A stretch of DNA of 64,000 nucleotides from Octopus vulgaris (lineage: Eukaryota), in NCBI GenBank assembly GCA_951406725.2, contig OX597814.1:179242001-179306000 (forward strand), given 5' to 3'. The first letter of the stretch is position 1. Each line of letters starts with the position of its first letter. The position numbers and the translations under genes were made by a program. Below, one piece after another: positions 1-13,583 of the stretch. The notes under the pieces were generated by a model. That model saw nothing but the letters and a program-made list of their open reading frames with translations. It was not told the origin of the DNA and ran no database searches.

Positions 1-1214
1 GCTAAATGAGTTGGCTGGTAATCGGACTATTTCAAGAAAAGTTTTCCCCCCTTTCTTGTTTTTGCTTTAACTGAAAGAATTCTACGCAGTATCTAAAATG
101 ATCTCCATCACTTTTACCTTGAGCGGTGTGCTTCTATTATTTACAACCAGTCTGTCAAATTATCTTTTTGCTGCTGTAATTTACCGGGCAGGATATTTTC
201 TCGGTAGCTTTTTGGTATTATCACCGTCATTCCTCTTTCGTTATATGCATTTAAAATCATTATCTTGCTGCTAAATAATGGGTTAAACAAGAAATGGAAA
301 ATATTAGGTAACTGGGCGTATTCCAATTAGTTATCCAACGGGAGAGATAACCGGATTCGGCACTGGAGCTGTGTTATTCTGTAGTAAGATACAGTTTATG
401 CTACCTTGATTAGGTAGTGATTAAATGAAGCGCGAAAAAGTCACGTTTTGTATAGTTTCTGTGTCTGTTATGAATGTTGGTAAATGACCAGAAAATCAAA
501 ATATTAGATATCAGAGAGAAATTTCTGCATCAAAGATGTCTGACCTGCACATATCTACGCACACAGAACTCTCCACATTTCTCTCACTAAGGCACATAAG
601 CAAGCAAACAAAATCGCATATATAATATAGAAACGAGTTCGTATATATGAATGAATTGCTTTCTACAGTATTGTATTAGATCCGTACTAAACGTTTTCAT
701 ATAAATATATCTTTGAGCTGCCGGTTTGCTTCGCTAAACAGCACTTCTCTGCTCATTATTTAATAAAATATTCAGGTAGCTAACGAGTAATTAAATCAGA
801 TTTCACGAATGAATTAAGCTACAATTTCCGTTTCACTCTAAAGAAATTCACATTTTAGTTATGAATCCATTAGAAGATTCAGAAAACAATATTACAAAAC
901 GAAGCTTGTAATGCAATGTGGAATATATTGATATTAGTAAAGGTATATTGTAGTACCGTAACACAATGACAAATGAAGCGCAATGAGTCCTTTCTTTGAA
1001 TACGTGAAGCATTCTGGTAAACAATTATATTGAAGTATACCAAAGAGGGAATAATATAAAGTGAAATAAATTAAAATTAGTTGAATATTTACATAGGGGA
1101 TATCTTTTAACGCTTTCACAATGTGTGACATATATTCTGCTTTTGTATTTGGCGCATGAGATTGCTATTCCAGAATATTGCCCTCTGTATTACAAGTAAA
1201 TAAGTAGGCTAAAG

Positions 1215-1394
<180 letters not shown>

Positions 1395-1652
1395 TCACCG
1401 TGATCACCGTGACCGACCAGGCTATCAGATGTTGCTACACATCGCTGGTTAGGATGCGCTTTGCAATGTTTTAGCCTTCAAATGACGCCACCCCGCTGGC
1501 TAAGTGAGCAGGCCAACAGAAGAAAGAGTGAGAGAAAGTAGTAACGAAAGAGTACAACAGGGATCGCCACCACCCTCTGCCAGAGACCCGTGGACCTTTA
1601 AGTGTTTTCGCTCAATAAACACTCGCAACGCCCGGGCTATTGCGCCTCAACT
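1395..1652 (-). mobile_element. tRNA-derived SINE, family D, tail type 1, internally deleted head
   Basis: Shares GAGGCGCAATRGCCC, TGTTTATTGAGCGAAAACAC and CTTTCTCTCACTCTTTCTTC with 9564-9877 and 35902-36278. The B-box segment is missing. It ends in (TCACGGTGA)2. Confidence 0.75.
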
Positions 1653-1655
1653 ATA

Positions 1656-1708
<53 letters not shown>

Positions 1709-2039
1709 CAGTGGCTTAGCATGCGTAAAAATATAGCGCTAAAAAATTATCAATTAATAATTAAGGGTACTAACAAGAATTACCAGCATGCAAAATATAG
1801 GTGTCAAAATGACCAAACCACGAATTTTCACTTAAATACAATGGTGAAAGCGGGCAAAAGAATAAAAATCCTAAAACCCCGTACCAATGACGAAAGTAAT
1901 CGAAAATTTAAAAAGCCAGACATACCCGTATCACCGTGATTTCGAACTTTGAGAACAAGTCTTAGTTTATCTTCAGCGAGTCTTACTGACACCAGAGTTA
2001 TAGAGATTATTCATCACCAATGTGTACGATGACCGTTTT

Positions 2040-2420
2040 TAATGCCGCAGCAAATTTTTTAAAGAAAAGTGATCGAAGTGAATAAGCAATTCTACATCAA
2101 AAGTACCATCAGACAACTTCACGCATGAGTTAATGGACACCGCTATGCTAACGTTTCTTCTTTGGAAAACACCTACCGAAATGCTATATCGAAGACATCC
2201 AACTTGCCATTGGAGCTACGGAAAGAAACATAGGGTGACTGAAATAAGAAATATATCCCGCAAATTAAAAACAAGTCTTAATTACGCGTACCTAATGGGA
2301 TACTATATGGAAGTAACAAACACTTCAAACACACAGTCTAGGGTTCAGAGACATTAGCTATCAACACCTTTTCTCCGCAGATATTCTGAAGAAGAGGCCC
2401 TAAATCTGAAGTATTGAAAA
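2040..2420 (+). pseudogene. Decayed Penelope-like GIY-YIG endonuclease remnant, followed by a weak HHR-like motif
   Basis: 2081-2143 translates NKQFYIKSTIRQLHA*VNGHR, matching the PLE YIG-x-T-x-R-x-L-x2-R-x3-H motif. CTGAAGA-aga..tct-GAAG lies at 2386-2411. Confidence 0.45.
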
Positions 2421-3476
2421 ACCAGGCAGTAGAACTAACCATCGATCTGTATAAATTAACTTTTATAACTTGCATTGATTTCGTTTAAAAGATATTTAAA
2501 ACACTTCAAGTTATATTGTATTGAACAGGATGGTATCAGCAAATTAGTTGTAGTAAACAAAACCCGTGACAGATGCAAAAGAAGCAAATATCGATTAATT
2601 TGAAATATAATATTATGGTTACCTATCAGATAGCATATGTCGTTTACAGTTATGAGTAATTACCAACTTGAAAGAATAGCATGAATGCCATATGTGTATT
2701 TAGAAGCGTCATTTGAAAAGGGATGGAGGTTAGATACATGGCATCGGAAATCTTTAGATTATTATATTTGTATTCATGAACTGAATCTTAGAGACTTGGT
2801 ACTTCATAAAATGTATTCTAAAGCGTCATAAGGGAAATCTCACCTCATTCTCTATTTTGATACACTTGCATTTAAAATCTTATAAACAACCAATTGTGAT
2901 TTATAATCGTGTAGTTTTCTCAGGCTTATTAGCTAAAAGTTTTGTATCTATTTAACAAGGTAAACCGAAATAAGAAGTTGCGTGCAGCAATGTAGTGTAA
3001 CACATTACGGTTATCTTTTACTATAATCTGTTAATCTATGAATGGAATAAAAGCTATTATTCTTAGTATCGAAGGATCGATAGTTTTTGAATAGGATTAA
3101 GAAGTCTACAATAATTAAAATTTATCGTATTTTACTTCAAAGGAATTTAAAAGTATGATTTGCCTTTTTTTAATATTTAGTCCATATTTGCTAAAATTTT
3201 GTGCATAACTCCTTAAACGAATCTGTCATTCAATTTAACACTCCAGAGATAATCATTAAAATGATTGCAAACATGAAAGCCAATTTAATAATTCATTTTA
3301 TTTTCCAATACTGGAGATTTGATGAGGATTTGAGTTTTATATCTTTATTTATTTTAGAGCCACAATTTTTCGCTTACAGAGCTCAGTGTCGGACTAGTAA
3401 CAACAATTCCAACAGTCTTTATCTGTTCACCAGTATCACAGTAAATACGACATATAACTTTGCAAAAGCTTAATCT

Positions 3477-3533
<57 letters not shown>

Positions 3534-3612
3534 AGTATATATATATATATATGTGAGTTTTCTACCCAGGTATCGGTTATCCTTCGAATTATCCGTAATA
3601 AGATAATTCATT

Positions 3613-3647
<35 letters not shown>

Positions 3648-3689
3648 CAAAGTTGAGTTGTGGGGTATCGCACGAGTGGAATTATATAC

Positions 3690-4154
3690 GAAAGAAGGTT
3701 TGAAAATGCAATTTAAAAGATGTTTATTTACTCAACCGGTTTCACTCTTTGGAAAAAGATTGCCAAAAGTAACATAGAATATTATGAATTCAAAAAGGTT
3801 TTTTACATAATTGTCACATTACATGTATATATACAGTCTTTGGTAACAGGGACATGTTAAGGACATAAAGAAGTACAACAGTGTGATGAGAATATTTGAA
3901 AAAATGGGCAGAATAAAAATGTTTTATTGTTTTCTGCCCATTTTTTCAAATATTCTCATCACACTGTTGTACTTCTTTATGTCCTTAACATGTCCCTGTT
4001 ACCAAAGACTGTATATATACATGTAATGTGACAATTATGTAAAAAACTTTTTTGAATTCATAATATTCTATGTTACTTTTGACAATCTTTTTCCAAAGAG
4101 TGAAACCGGTTAAGTAAATAAACATCTTTTAAATTGCATTTTCAAACCTTCTTT

Positions 4155-4155
<1 letters not shown>
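3690..4155. repeat. Near-perfect inverted repeat (~224-bp arms, ~18-bp spacer) between (TA)n tracts; PLE-LTR-like fold-back
   Basis: 3690-3913 is the reverse complement of 3932-4155, with about 3 mismatches seen. Confidence 0.95.
4073..4117 (+). ncRNA. Minimal type I hammerhead ribozyme-like motif, U3-A8 core variant
   Basis: ttactt-TTGACAA-tcttt(ttcc)aaaga gt-GAAA-ccgg-TT-aagtaa. Stem I is 6 bp, stem III is the palindrome ACCGGT, and AATAAA follows. A mirror copy lies in the left arm. Confidence 0.55.
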
Positions 4156-4204
<49 letters not shown>

Positions 4205-4243
4205 GAGAGATATATAATACGTAATATATGTACACGTAAGAGA

Positions 4244-4298
<55 letters not shown>

Positions 4299-4611
4299 AT
4301 ACTATGTATGTACTACCAGATGCTACAGATATGTTAGTAAAAAGACATTGCGATTACTGTGGAATGCTTCTGTATTTTTAGTCAATTGCTTGCGCTGGTT
4401 TCAAACGTTAGAAAATGCTTAGTCAATTTTCTGTAGACAAACTACAGCATTTCGAATCTCGATTAGTCTGCATTAAAACACTGAAAGATGTGAACATGTT
4501 TAACACCATCTCCAATAACATTATAGATAAAGAAATTTATGAATAATTATATCAATTAGCCACGAGGTAGGGTAGTTAACTGTAAATAAAAGTGAGAAAA
4601 CACTAAGGAAG

Positions 4612-4800
4612 TGAGCATGCTGGGCAAAATGCTTAGCAACTTTTCGTAAGACTTTACTTCTGATTTGAAATTCCACCGATGTCGATTTTATCTTTCATCT
4701 TTTCGCGGATAATAAAATAGATACCAGTTGAGCACTGGAGTCTATGTAACCGGCTTATCCTCTCCACCGAATTTGCTGGTCTTGTGCCAAAATTTGAAAT
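4612..4800 (+). mobile_element. Degenerate SINE family A
   Basis: Contains ATGCTTAGC, GTCGATTTTATCTTTCATC and TACCAGTTGAGCACTGG, shared with the family A copies. Confidence 0.65.
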
Positions 4801-6750
4801 CAAAGTTAAAGTACAGCATTTGTAAAAATAATTTTACCTGTAGAGTTTTTCCTATCAGCAACTGTGTATATTTTCTTCACACATAGACTTTTCTTTCCAA
4901 TTACCTCAGCTCTCCCTTATTTACTGTTGGTTGCTGGTAATGAAATAAACCCAAAATTTTATCTAAAAGTACTCTCACGCACATGTTCAACTAAAGGTTT
5001 CTTGAACTGCCTTGAAAATGAAATGACCATATATACTTGTGATTGTTAATGAATCTGTACTTTTGTCACTCATATTCCTTACTTAAACTGCTATTTCATG
5101 AACTTAAATATATGACAGTGGTATCCGATGACACTTTTATGAGTGTGTTAAACACCTTTTGTAAACGAAACACCATAGAAAACAAGAAGTTGAAAATGTA
5201 ATTATTTTAAAAGCAATGTACACAATACAGTTGCAGAACAAGTGAAATGTGATTGGAGATCCTTTGAGAACACCACTGGTTGTATGCTATCTTTGTCTAT
5301 AATTATGTGTAATATATCGGAATCAGGTCTGTCATTTGTGTTCACAGAAATAATTGACATATATATGTAATGGGATAAATATTAGTTTCGGATATTATAA
5401 ATATAAACACGGGGGTATTTGAAATAGCGATATGTAAAATTCAGCTTAATTGAAGGTGTTTGGAGAAAATTCTGAACATTATGTTTTATGTAGTTTTGGC
5501 GGGCATCTAAAGTTGGAAGATAAACCTACACTAAACTGAAATTGCGGATGAAATGCAGTTCACAGTAGGAGCCTAACTATTCAACATTTGATATCACTTC
5601 TTACAAGTGATGATTATAAAATAAAGATAATGAGAATTAAATGAATGTAACAAAATTTCACTTCTATTGTATATATTTTAACTTATGTATTCGCGAGAAA
5701 TATATACTAATGTTTCATGCAAAAGTGTAAATGGAAATCTCCAAACGACTTCAACTTGTTTAACACTTTAAAACGTTTGAAAATTTTACAAAGTTATGTA
5801 ATCCTCGCTTGTAAATTTACACAAGAAATCAATGCTTAAAATATGTTTATTTTTATATCTTTAGTTCTAAGCCACTTAGGTATAGTTAAGCTAGTCCTAA
5901 ATCATATCTGGTGCTGCACGCTGTGGTGGCTCTTCTTTCAACCTTTGCTTTGAAATTACAATAACAAAGCAGAAATAAATGGCAGATAAAGTATGTGTAC
6001 ACACTCCAGGCATTTACAGATCATCCCATTGGTACTCCATCAGAATACCCAGTTTATAATTCCTGAATGGAATATTTTTTCCGAAATTATTGATACAAAC
6101 AATTTGTAGTTTCAATGTGTGATTATTTTCCATTGGATAATAATTACTTAGTGCACTGTGAGATGTTTCGGCATGAGACAGACATTAGTTTAAACTTCAT
6201 CGTCCATCTTGTAGTGAGCATTTGACAAGTTTTTATTGAAATTCATGCCATTTTGTCTTATTTACACATGAAGTCTGAGTCATTGCTTGTATTCAAAATA
6301 GCGTGGTGATAATGTAGAGAATTATTCAAACGGAAAGATATACGAGAAGCGTAGAGTGACAACTATGCAAATGGATTGGACTAATGCAAGCACAGAATAA
6401 AAATATGAAGTAGATGTATTCAGAATGTGAGTTACATATATATGTGTGTGTGTTGTATGTGTCTATGCAATGCACTTAATATAAAACATTCAGACGGCAA
6501 TGTAATTTTTGCGAGGTTTTCAACACATGCACACAGACTCAATTGCAAACGGACACAGTTACACACTTATTATATATAGCCCAGTATTGATGTTCAGTTA
6601 TGTATAAGTAGATGTGGGTTAAGGCTGTATAAGCAAAACAAACACATGTTGTTGAAATAAAGCTTTATTCCATTATTCGTATTGATTATCTATATAATGC
6701 ATGTTTATGCGTATATGAATGATTTGAACAGTACAGTGTATTGTATATTC

Positions 6751-6799
<49 letters not shown>

Positions 6800-7035
6800 T
6801 CTGTATGTATGCATGTATGTATGTGTGCATGTATGTATGTATGTATGTATGTATGTATGTATGTATGTATGTATGCATATGCATACACGTATATATATAT
6901 ACCCATGCATACGCGTGATTGTGATTTACGCAAAGCTGAACAGGAATTAAACACATGAACACCAGTAGTCAATCAAACACACATACAAATACACACACAT
7001 ACACTCACATAAATATATACATAAGTAAATATATA

Positions 7036-7413
7036 GGCTGTGTGGTAAGTAGCTTGCTTACCAACCACATGGTTCCGGGTTTAATCCCAGGGCGTGGCAC
7101 CTTGGGAGATTGTCTTCTACAATAGCTTCGGGCCGACAAAAGCCTTGTGAGTGGACTTGATATACGGAAACTGAAAGAAGCCCATCTTATATATGTATAT
7201 ATGCATATGTCTGCATGTCTGTACTTGCCCACTCCCAACATCGTTTGACAGGCGATGATGTGTGTTTACACCCCCATAACGCAGCGGTCCGGCAAAAAGA
7301 AACCGATAGAATAAGTACTAGGCTTACAAAGAATAAATCCTGGGGTCGATTTTCTCGACTAAAAGGAGGTGCTCCAGCATGGCCGCAGTCAAGTGACTGA
7401 AACAAGTAAAAGA
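7036..7413 (+). mobile_element. tRNA-derived SINE, family B
   Basis: Head GGCTGTGTGGTAAG..GGTTCCGGGTT, CORE-like CACCTTGGG, an internal TA tract, and tail GGTGCTCCAGCATGGCCGCAGTC..GAAACAAGTAAAAGA. Homologous to 29650-30082. Confidence 0.85.
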
Positions 7414-7472
7414 AAAAAAAAATATATATATACAGTGAGAGAGAGAGAGAGAAAGAGAGCGAGAGAGAGAGA

Positions 7473-7632
7473 GGTCGCCGTGGCTGTGTGATAGGAAGTT
7501 TGCTTCCCAACCATATCAGTCATGGTTCAGTCCCCCCATGTGGCACCATGGTCAAGTGTCTTCTACCATAACCTCAGGTCAACCAAAACCTTGTGAGTGG
7601 ATTTGGTGGTGCGAAGCTGAAAGAGGCCCCAT
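7473..7632 (+). mobile_element. SINE family B head (partial)
   Basis: GTGGCTGTGTG..GGTTCAGTCCC..CAAGTGTCTTCTAC..CCTTGTGAGTGGATTTGG. Confidence 0.8.
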
Positions 7633-7674
7633 TATATATATATGTATATTTATAAATATACAGTAAATATATAT

Positions 7675-7717
<43 letters not shown>

Positions 7718-7719
7718 GG

Positions 7720-7870
7720 AGATAATAAAAATATATGCATACATACAAACATATATGTACGTACCTACATCTACATGTATATATACATGCATACATAAAT
7801 AATTATACGGGAGTACAGGACATCACAAAAAGACGTAGAAACGGAAAAAGCCAAAAAACAAAAAACAAGA
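7720..7870 (-). mobile_element. Short TA-associated dispersed repeat (PLE-LTR-like)
   Basis: The reverse complement matches TGTCCTGTAC..ATGCATGTATATA..TAGATGTAGGTACGTACATATATG at 59170-59270 and 63060-63160. Confidence 0.7.
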
Positions 7871-7912
7871 AATATATATATAAAAATAAGCAACAAGGAT
7901 ATCCAGAGGTAA

Positions 7913-7999
7913 TGAAGTACGATCGTTTCATGCAACTCCATTTAATTGAACAATGCAATTATTACATCAATTTAAAATGTAGAGCAATCTTCAGCTGCA
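7913..7999 (-). ncRNA. Type I hammerhead ribozyme motif with canonical core and long stem II
   Basis: Minus strand reads tgcag-CTGAAGA-ttgctcta..tggagttgcat-GAAA-cgatcg-TA-cttca. The paralog at 25512-25528 reads ctgca, which completes stem I. Confidence 0.65.
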
Positions 8000-8616
8000 C
8001 AAAGACATAGAATTTTATTAAATTAGAAGAGATGGACACATTAGTATAATTATACCTAAAATCTCCAAGAATTTAAGGAGATACACAAAGAGCGTGTTGT
8101 CTCTACTTCAGCATAGAAGTTACTAAAATTATCAAGAAGACTCTGCCTGTCACTGATTTTTTGTCTTTATGGGGTCAGTTTTAATTTATAGAGTAGTTTA
8201 TCAAATCCCTTGTATATCTAAGGCTGAGAGAACAGATGGCAGTATATGTTCGTGGTAGGGCTGAAGGAGTAGATAGGCTTTGTAGTTGGTATAATCAAGA
8301 TTTATTATGCGCAATATCATGAGATTTAGTTAGGGAAAACTTAAAACGAAGATGTTAGCTGATAATTAAGGGGGTCGCCCACAAGCAGACTATAGATAAT
8401 GAAACAGGAGAAGTCTTATCATGTGGTACTATACTTAAATACTTTAAAACAATGTTGGTATATTGTATGCAATTACAGTTTAGGGTTATTCAAAGGATTA
8501 TTAAGAAGACTATTATAACAAAATGATAGAAATTATTCATAAATAGAAAGTATTCATAAATTTATATCGTTTTGTTATAATATTCTTCTTAATAATCCTT
8601 TGCTTTTTCTTTCTTT

Positions 8617-9030
<414 letters not shown>

Positions 9031-9342
9031 TGGCAGTATTGTATAAACGTTTTAAAGTAATATTTCAGGGTCTTTTCTTCTCTAAAAACAATACGGAATG
9101 GCATTAAACAATTTAGAGTGGTTAGATATCTGTAAAAGTATTGCTTACAAGAGTAATTTAAAGCCTGCTCCAGTTTTTTCAGTCACAAACTGGTGCCAGC
9201 ATTCTAAATACCTGCCTTTTCTTGAGTGCTTTTCAGCTCAACTGATTTCTTTACTTTCTTATATTACACAATTAATTATTAAATTCCATGTTAAGCTCTT
9301 GATTTTAGCATGCATGAAGTGAAGTTAGAAATTACTTCACTG

Positions 9343-9411
<69 letters not shown>

Positions 9412-9563
9412 TATAGATATCTCTTAAGTTTGTTAGTGATAAGACACAGACAGAGACACTGAAATCAGAAATCGTTGCTTCATTTTCACTTACTATGATA
9501 CACAAAAATATGTTGTATTCTGCAGACAAGCGCTGTATTTTATTTGGGTTTACGTTATTGTTA

Positions 9564-9877
9564 GTGGAGGCGCAATGGCCCAGGGGTTAGGGCAGCGGAC
9601 TCGCGGTCGGAGGAACGCGTTTTCGATTCCCAGAACGGGCGTGGTATGTGTTTATTGAGTGAAAACACCTAAAAGTTCCACGAAGCTCCGGCAGGGGGGG
9701 GGGGTAGTAACCCCTTTTGTACTCTTTCGCCACACCTTTCTCTCACTCTCTCTCTTCCTGTTTCTTGAATAACGCTGCGATGGACTGGCGTCCCGTCCAG
9801 CTCGGGGGAACACATACGCCACAGAAACCGGGCCCATGAGCCTGGCTAGGCTTGAAAAGAGCAACGTTTATCGTTAT
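9564..9877 (+). mobile_element. tRNA-derived SINE, family D, tail type 2
   Basis: A-box TGGCCCAGGGG and B-box-like TTCGATTCCC. Probable TSD GTTATTGTTA at 9554-9563 and 9878-9887. Confidence 0.8.
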
Positions 9878-9899
9878 GTTATTGTTATTCTTCTTATTT

Positions 9900-10330
9900 G
9901 GACTGACTCAGGTTCGGTCTTATTCCTGATAGGGTCTATGTGGTTAGCGGGTTACTACTTGTAACTTTAGGTATCCACAAATTATCAATAGCCTTTCAAG
10001 TGCTTAGAACCCTAGTGATAATTCTCGCTATCCCTAGGAGACAAACATTTTGTAGAAGCTGCATAGAGCATTCTAATCCAGTTTTCTTCAACCATTTGTC
10101 TATATCTTTACTAACTATTCCCAATGCACCAACTATTATAATCGCGAACTTCATAGTTCTCATACTCCATATTATTCCTACTTCAAATCTTAAAGGATCC
10201 TCTTTTTTCTTTGGATCCTGGAATCAAATGGGCATGATGGGTCGATTCATTAGTAAGCAATTTCGCTTTACTTTACCTATAAATCTTATGTGCGGTCTAT
10301 TATTTTCTAATGTCTTGTCTGTTTGAATAG
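9900..10330 (-). pseudogene. R4/Dong-like non-LTR retrotransposon 3' remnant (restriction-like endonuclease region)
   Basis: Minus strand gives NNRP..CLL..P..W..IIIVGALGIV..LLQNVCLLGIARI, typical of the C-terminus of RLE-bearing LINEs. Confidence 0.65.
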
Positions 10331-10333
10331 ATC

Positions 10334-10550
10334 GGCGAACTAGAAGGAAAGTTAGGACGCCGGACCAACTGCTTAGAGGAATTTCGTCTGTCTCTAAGTT
10401 CTGAGTTCAATTGCCTCCAACGGTGACTTTGTCTTTCATCCGTTCGCCTTGATGAAATACGTAACAGCCATTTACCGGACTTCATATAATACACTAGAAC
10501 CCTCACTTTTAAGAAAAAGTAAACTGCTGGCTCTATGCCAATATTTTAAA

Positions 10551-10598
<48 letters not shown>
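10334..10598 (+). mobile_element. Degenerate SINE family A with (ATT)n tail
   Basis: GGCGAACTAG..TGCTTAG..TTCTGAGTTCAA..GACTTTGTCTTTCATCC, followed by (ATT)n. Confidence 0.7.
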
Positions 10599-10599
10599 C

Positions 10600-10910
10600 A
10601 TACTATTTAAGACGTCACACAGTATCCAACATCGTAATATTGTTGATTGAATGTATTATGTCTACCAGGGGCTTGTGCAGTCTGTAAAGTCTGCACAAGG
10701 ACCTGAGACAGACAGTACTTAACGCAATATGCGTGCAGTTCCAAGTAATGCCTATTTTTGCAATACACCTAGATTGGAGTTTATTTATAAAATCTCCACA
10801 TGTTCCTTCAGGATGGGTGTTATTGAATTCAATGCTCTGATGACAAAAGGGACAACCTTTATGGTTGACTCACGTAGCCGCTCCATCTTCGCGATCTAAA
10901 TTTTCAATGT
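10600..10910 (-). pseudogene. R4/Dong-like LINE 3' remnant
   Basis: Minus strand gives VVPFVIRAL..LQK*ALLGTAHILR. Confidence 0.55.
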
Positions 10911-10937
10911 TGTTGCTGTTTTTGATGTAGATTATAA

Positions 10938-11715
10938 GGCAACGAGCTGGCAGAATCGTTATCGCGTCTGACTGTGCTTTCTAAGGTTCAAATACCGCCG
11001 GGATCGACTGTACTTTCATCCTTCGGAGCTGATAAGATAATTACCAGTTGGGCATTGTGATCGATGTAATTGACCGGGCTTGTGACTATATTAGAAAACC
11101 TTATTACTATTTTAGATTTTAAGGTGGTGCGTTGTCAGAATCGTCAGTAGGTCGTGTAAATAGATACGGCATTTCGTTCGTCTGTACGCTCTGAGTACAA
11201 ATTCTGCCAATGCCGAATTTGCCATTCATTATTTCAGGGTCGTTAAATTAAGTACCACATTCGCATTGGGGTCGATGTAAACGAATTAACCCCCTCCTCC
11301 TTGTTTACCTTGTCCAAAATTTGAAACAAATATTATTGCTGTATATGTTTAGGCCTTGTGCTAACAGCAAAAAAGGATTAGTATTATGGACGAATATGTG
11401 TAAAAGGCAAGCTGAGCACTAGAATCGATGTTATCGACTCAACCCTTCCCGTGAACATGTTCAACTTGTGCCAAAATTTGAAACAAATGATATTACTATA
11501 GCAAAAATTATTATTATGACTGGAAGAATCGGTAGCACTTCTGGCAAAATATTTCCCGGCATTTCACTCGTTTATAAGTTATGAGTTCAAAGTCTACCGC
11601 GCTCTGTTTTCTGAGTCGATGTAAGAAGTATCAGTCGAGTACTGGGATTGATGTAAAGGACTCCACCTTTTCCAAAATTTCAAGCCTTATGCCTATTTTA
11701 GAAAGGACTATTACT
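10938..11715 (+). mobile_element. Cluster of 3-4 degenerate SINE family A copies in tandem
   Basis: GAGCTGGCAGAATCG / TTCAAAT / TTTCATCC / TACCAG motifs recur, separated by ATT-rich tails. Confidence 0.7.
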
Positions 11716-11732
11716 ACACGTTTTTTTGTCTA

Positions 11733-12130
11733 TGTTTCTTATTTTTTTATTACCCACAAGGGGCTAAACATAGAGGGGACAAACAAGGACAGACAAACGG
11801 ATTAAATCGATTATATCGACCCCAGTGCGTAACTAGTACTTAATTTATCGACCCCAAAAGGATGAAAGGAAAAGTCGACATCGGCGGAATTGGAACTCAG
11901 AAAGTAGCAACAGACGAAATACCTATTTCTTTACTACCCACAGGGGTCTAAACACAGAGGGGACAAACAAAGACAGACAAACGGATTAAGTCGATTATAT
12001 CGATCCCATTGCATAACTGGTAGTTAATTTATCGACCCCGAAAGGATGAAAGGCAAATCGACCTCGGCGGAATTTGAACTCAGAACGTAAAGACAGACGA
12101 AATACGGCTACGTATTTCGTCCAGCGTGCA
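11733..12130 (-). mobile_element. SINE family A tandem dimer with long tail
   Basis: Two ~190-bp units of CCCACAAGGGGCTAAACA..GACAGAC..CGACCCC..AAAGGATGAAAGG..GAACTCAGAA. Confidence 0.85.
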
Positions 12131-13541
12131 TATATTTATGTTATACGCAAATATATTATCTGCTCATATTATTCCAGTCTTAAGATGTACTTTATATAGA
12201 AACTGGTCGGCTGGATGTGATATTAAATCTTAATCAAACTATAAAACATCGCTTGGAAAAGCAGAATTTTATTTTGGAGCTTTAGTAAAAATGTTACATT
12301 AACCTTATCACATAAACATGAGGATGTTATCTTTAACGAAACAGTTAACCTCTTAAACCAAGTGACCTATGTTTAGATTATAGATGAAAGAAACTGCTAG
12401 TAGATTTTAAATGGATAATTTAGACACGCGTGTTTCTGATGTACATATCTATTTCTTGCTTCTGTTTTCGACACATACAGAAACTACCGCATACATAAAC
12501 AGGCGAAAAATTATACGCATATACGTGAGTGCATGCGCGTGTGTATAATGTTTGTTATTTTGTATAAATTGCGTTTCTTCTCGTGGGTAAGCTGATTATT
12601 CGAAAAGATATCTATTTTACTTTACCACACCTTACTATGTTAAGGCAGAGATAAGGATTGTTTGATTTCTAGTTTTGGGATGGTAACATATTCCATCAAA
12701 GAAGACACAAAGTGAATGTAGATAGGAAAGAGAATGGGTATAGTTGAGCTGTAGCAGGTTTTGATTTGCTTCAGATTTAGAAGGATTTAAAATTAGATGT
12801 ATAACGTATTTTATCTGGTTCAACATTTCTCAGCAAAATCTAAATTGAGATAGCATTATCGTATTCGGAGAATTAGGAATTTTTCAAGGCGGGGAAGGAT
12901 TACCTTGTAACATGGGGCACTGGTGTTATCATATTTATGTGACATTTTATTTTCTATCCTCTATTAGATTGTGCATTAACATGTGTACTTCACTACATAA
13001 GATGACAAAAGTGAAAGCTGCAGCAATAAATAATGATATAGGCATTTAACCTTCTGAGAAATGTTGAGCATAGGTAGTTGTAGATGTGTGTGGGTGCGAA
13101 AGCATGCATGAGCCCATTTGCTGGATCTTTGCTTATCCTGATAATTAATGTGTATTAAGGGATAAAAGGGCGGAGAAAATGATATATGGACTCTGCTTAA
13201 ACGTGTATTACATTTATTTTAAGTGCCATTTACAATATTATTAGTCATGAAGAAATTTCATGATCGAAATAAGGTTGTGCGGAGCCTATTGCACAAGTAG
13301 TATATTGAAATATAGTAGAATAGAACTAAATTCCAATTAAATTTGCATTAAAGAATTGTACATGTGCGCGTGTGTGTATATTTGTGTATTATATTGATGA
13401 ATTTATGAATTCAAGAATTATTTCAAATTTCAGATACTCCTACACATACACACACATAAATATCACATACGTACAAATATACAAATGTACTTACATACTT
13501 GCATACATACACGCACACACATACACACACACACACACACA

Positions 13542-13583
<42 letters not shown>

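Noticed and set aside
113-326. Possible minus-strand exon (61-aa ORF, AAG|GTAAAA donor near 117)
   Set aside because: No recognisable domain, and a stop precedes the donor.
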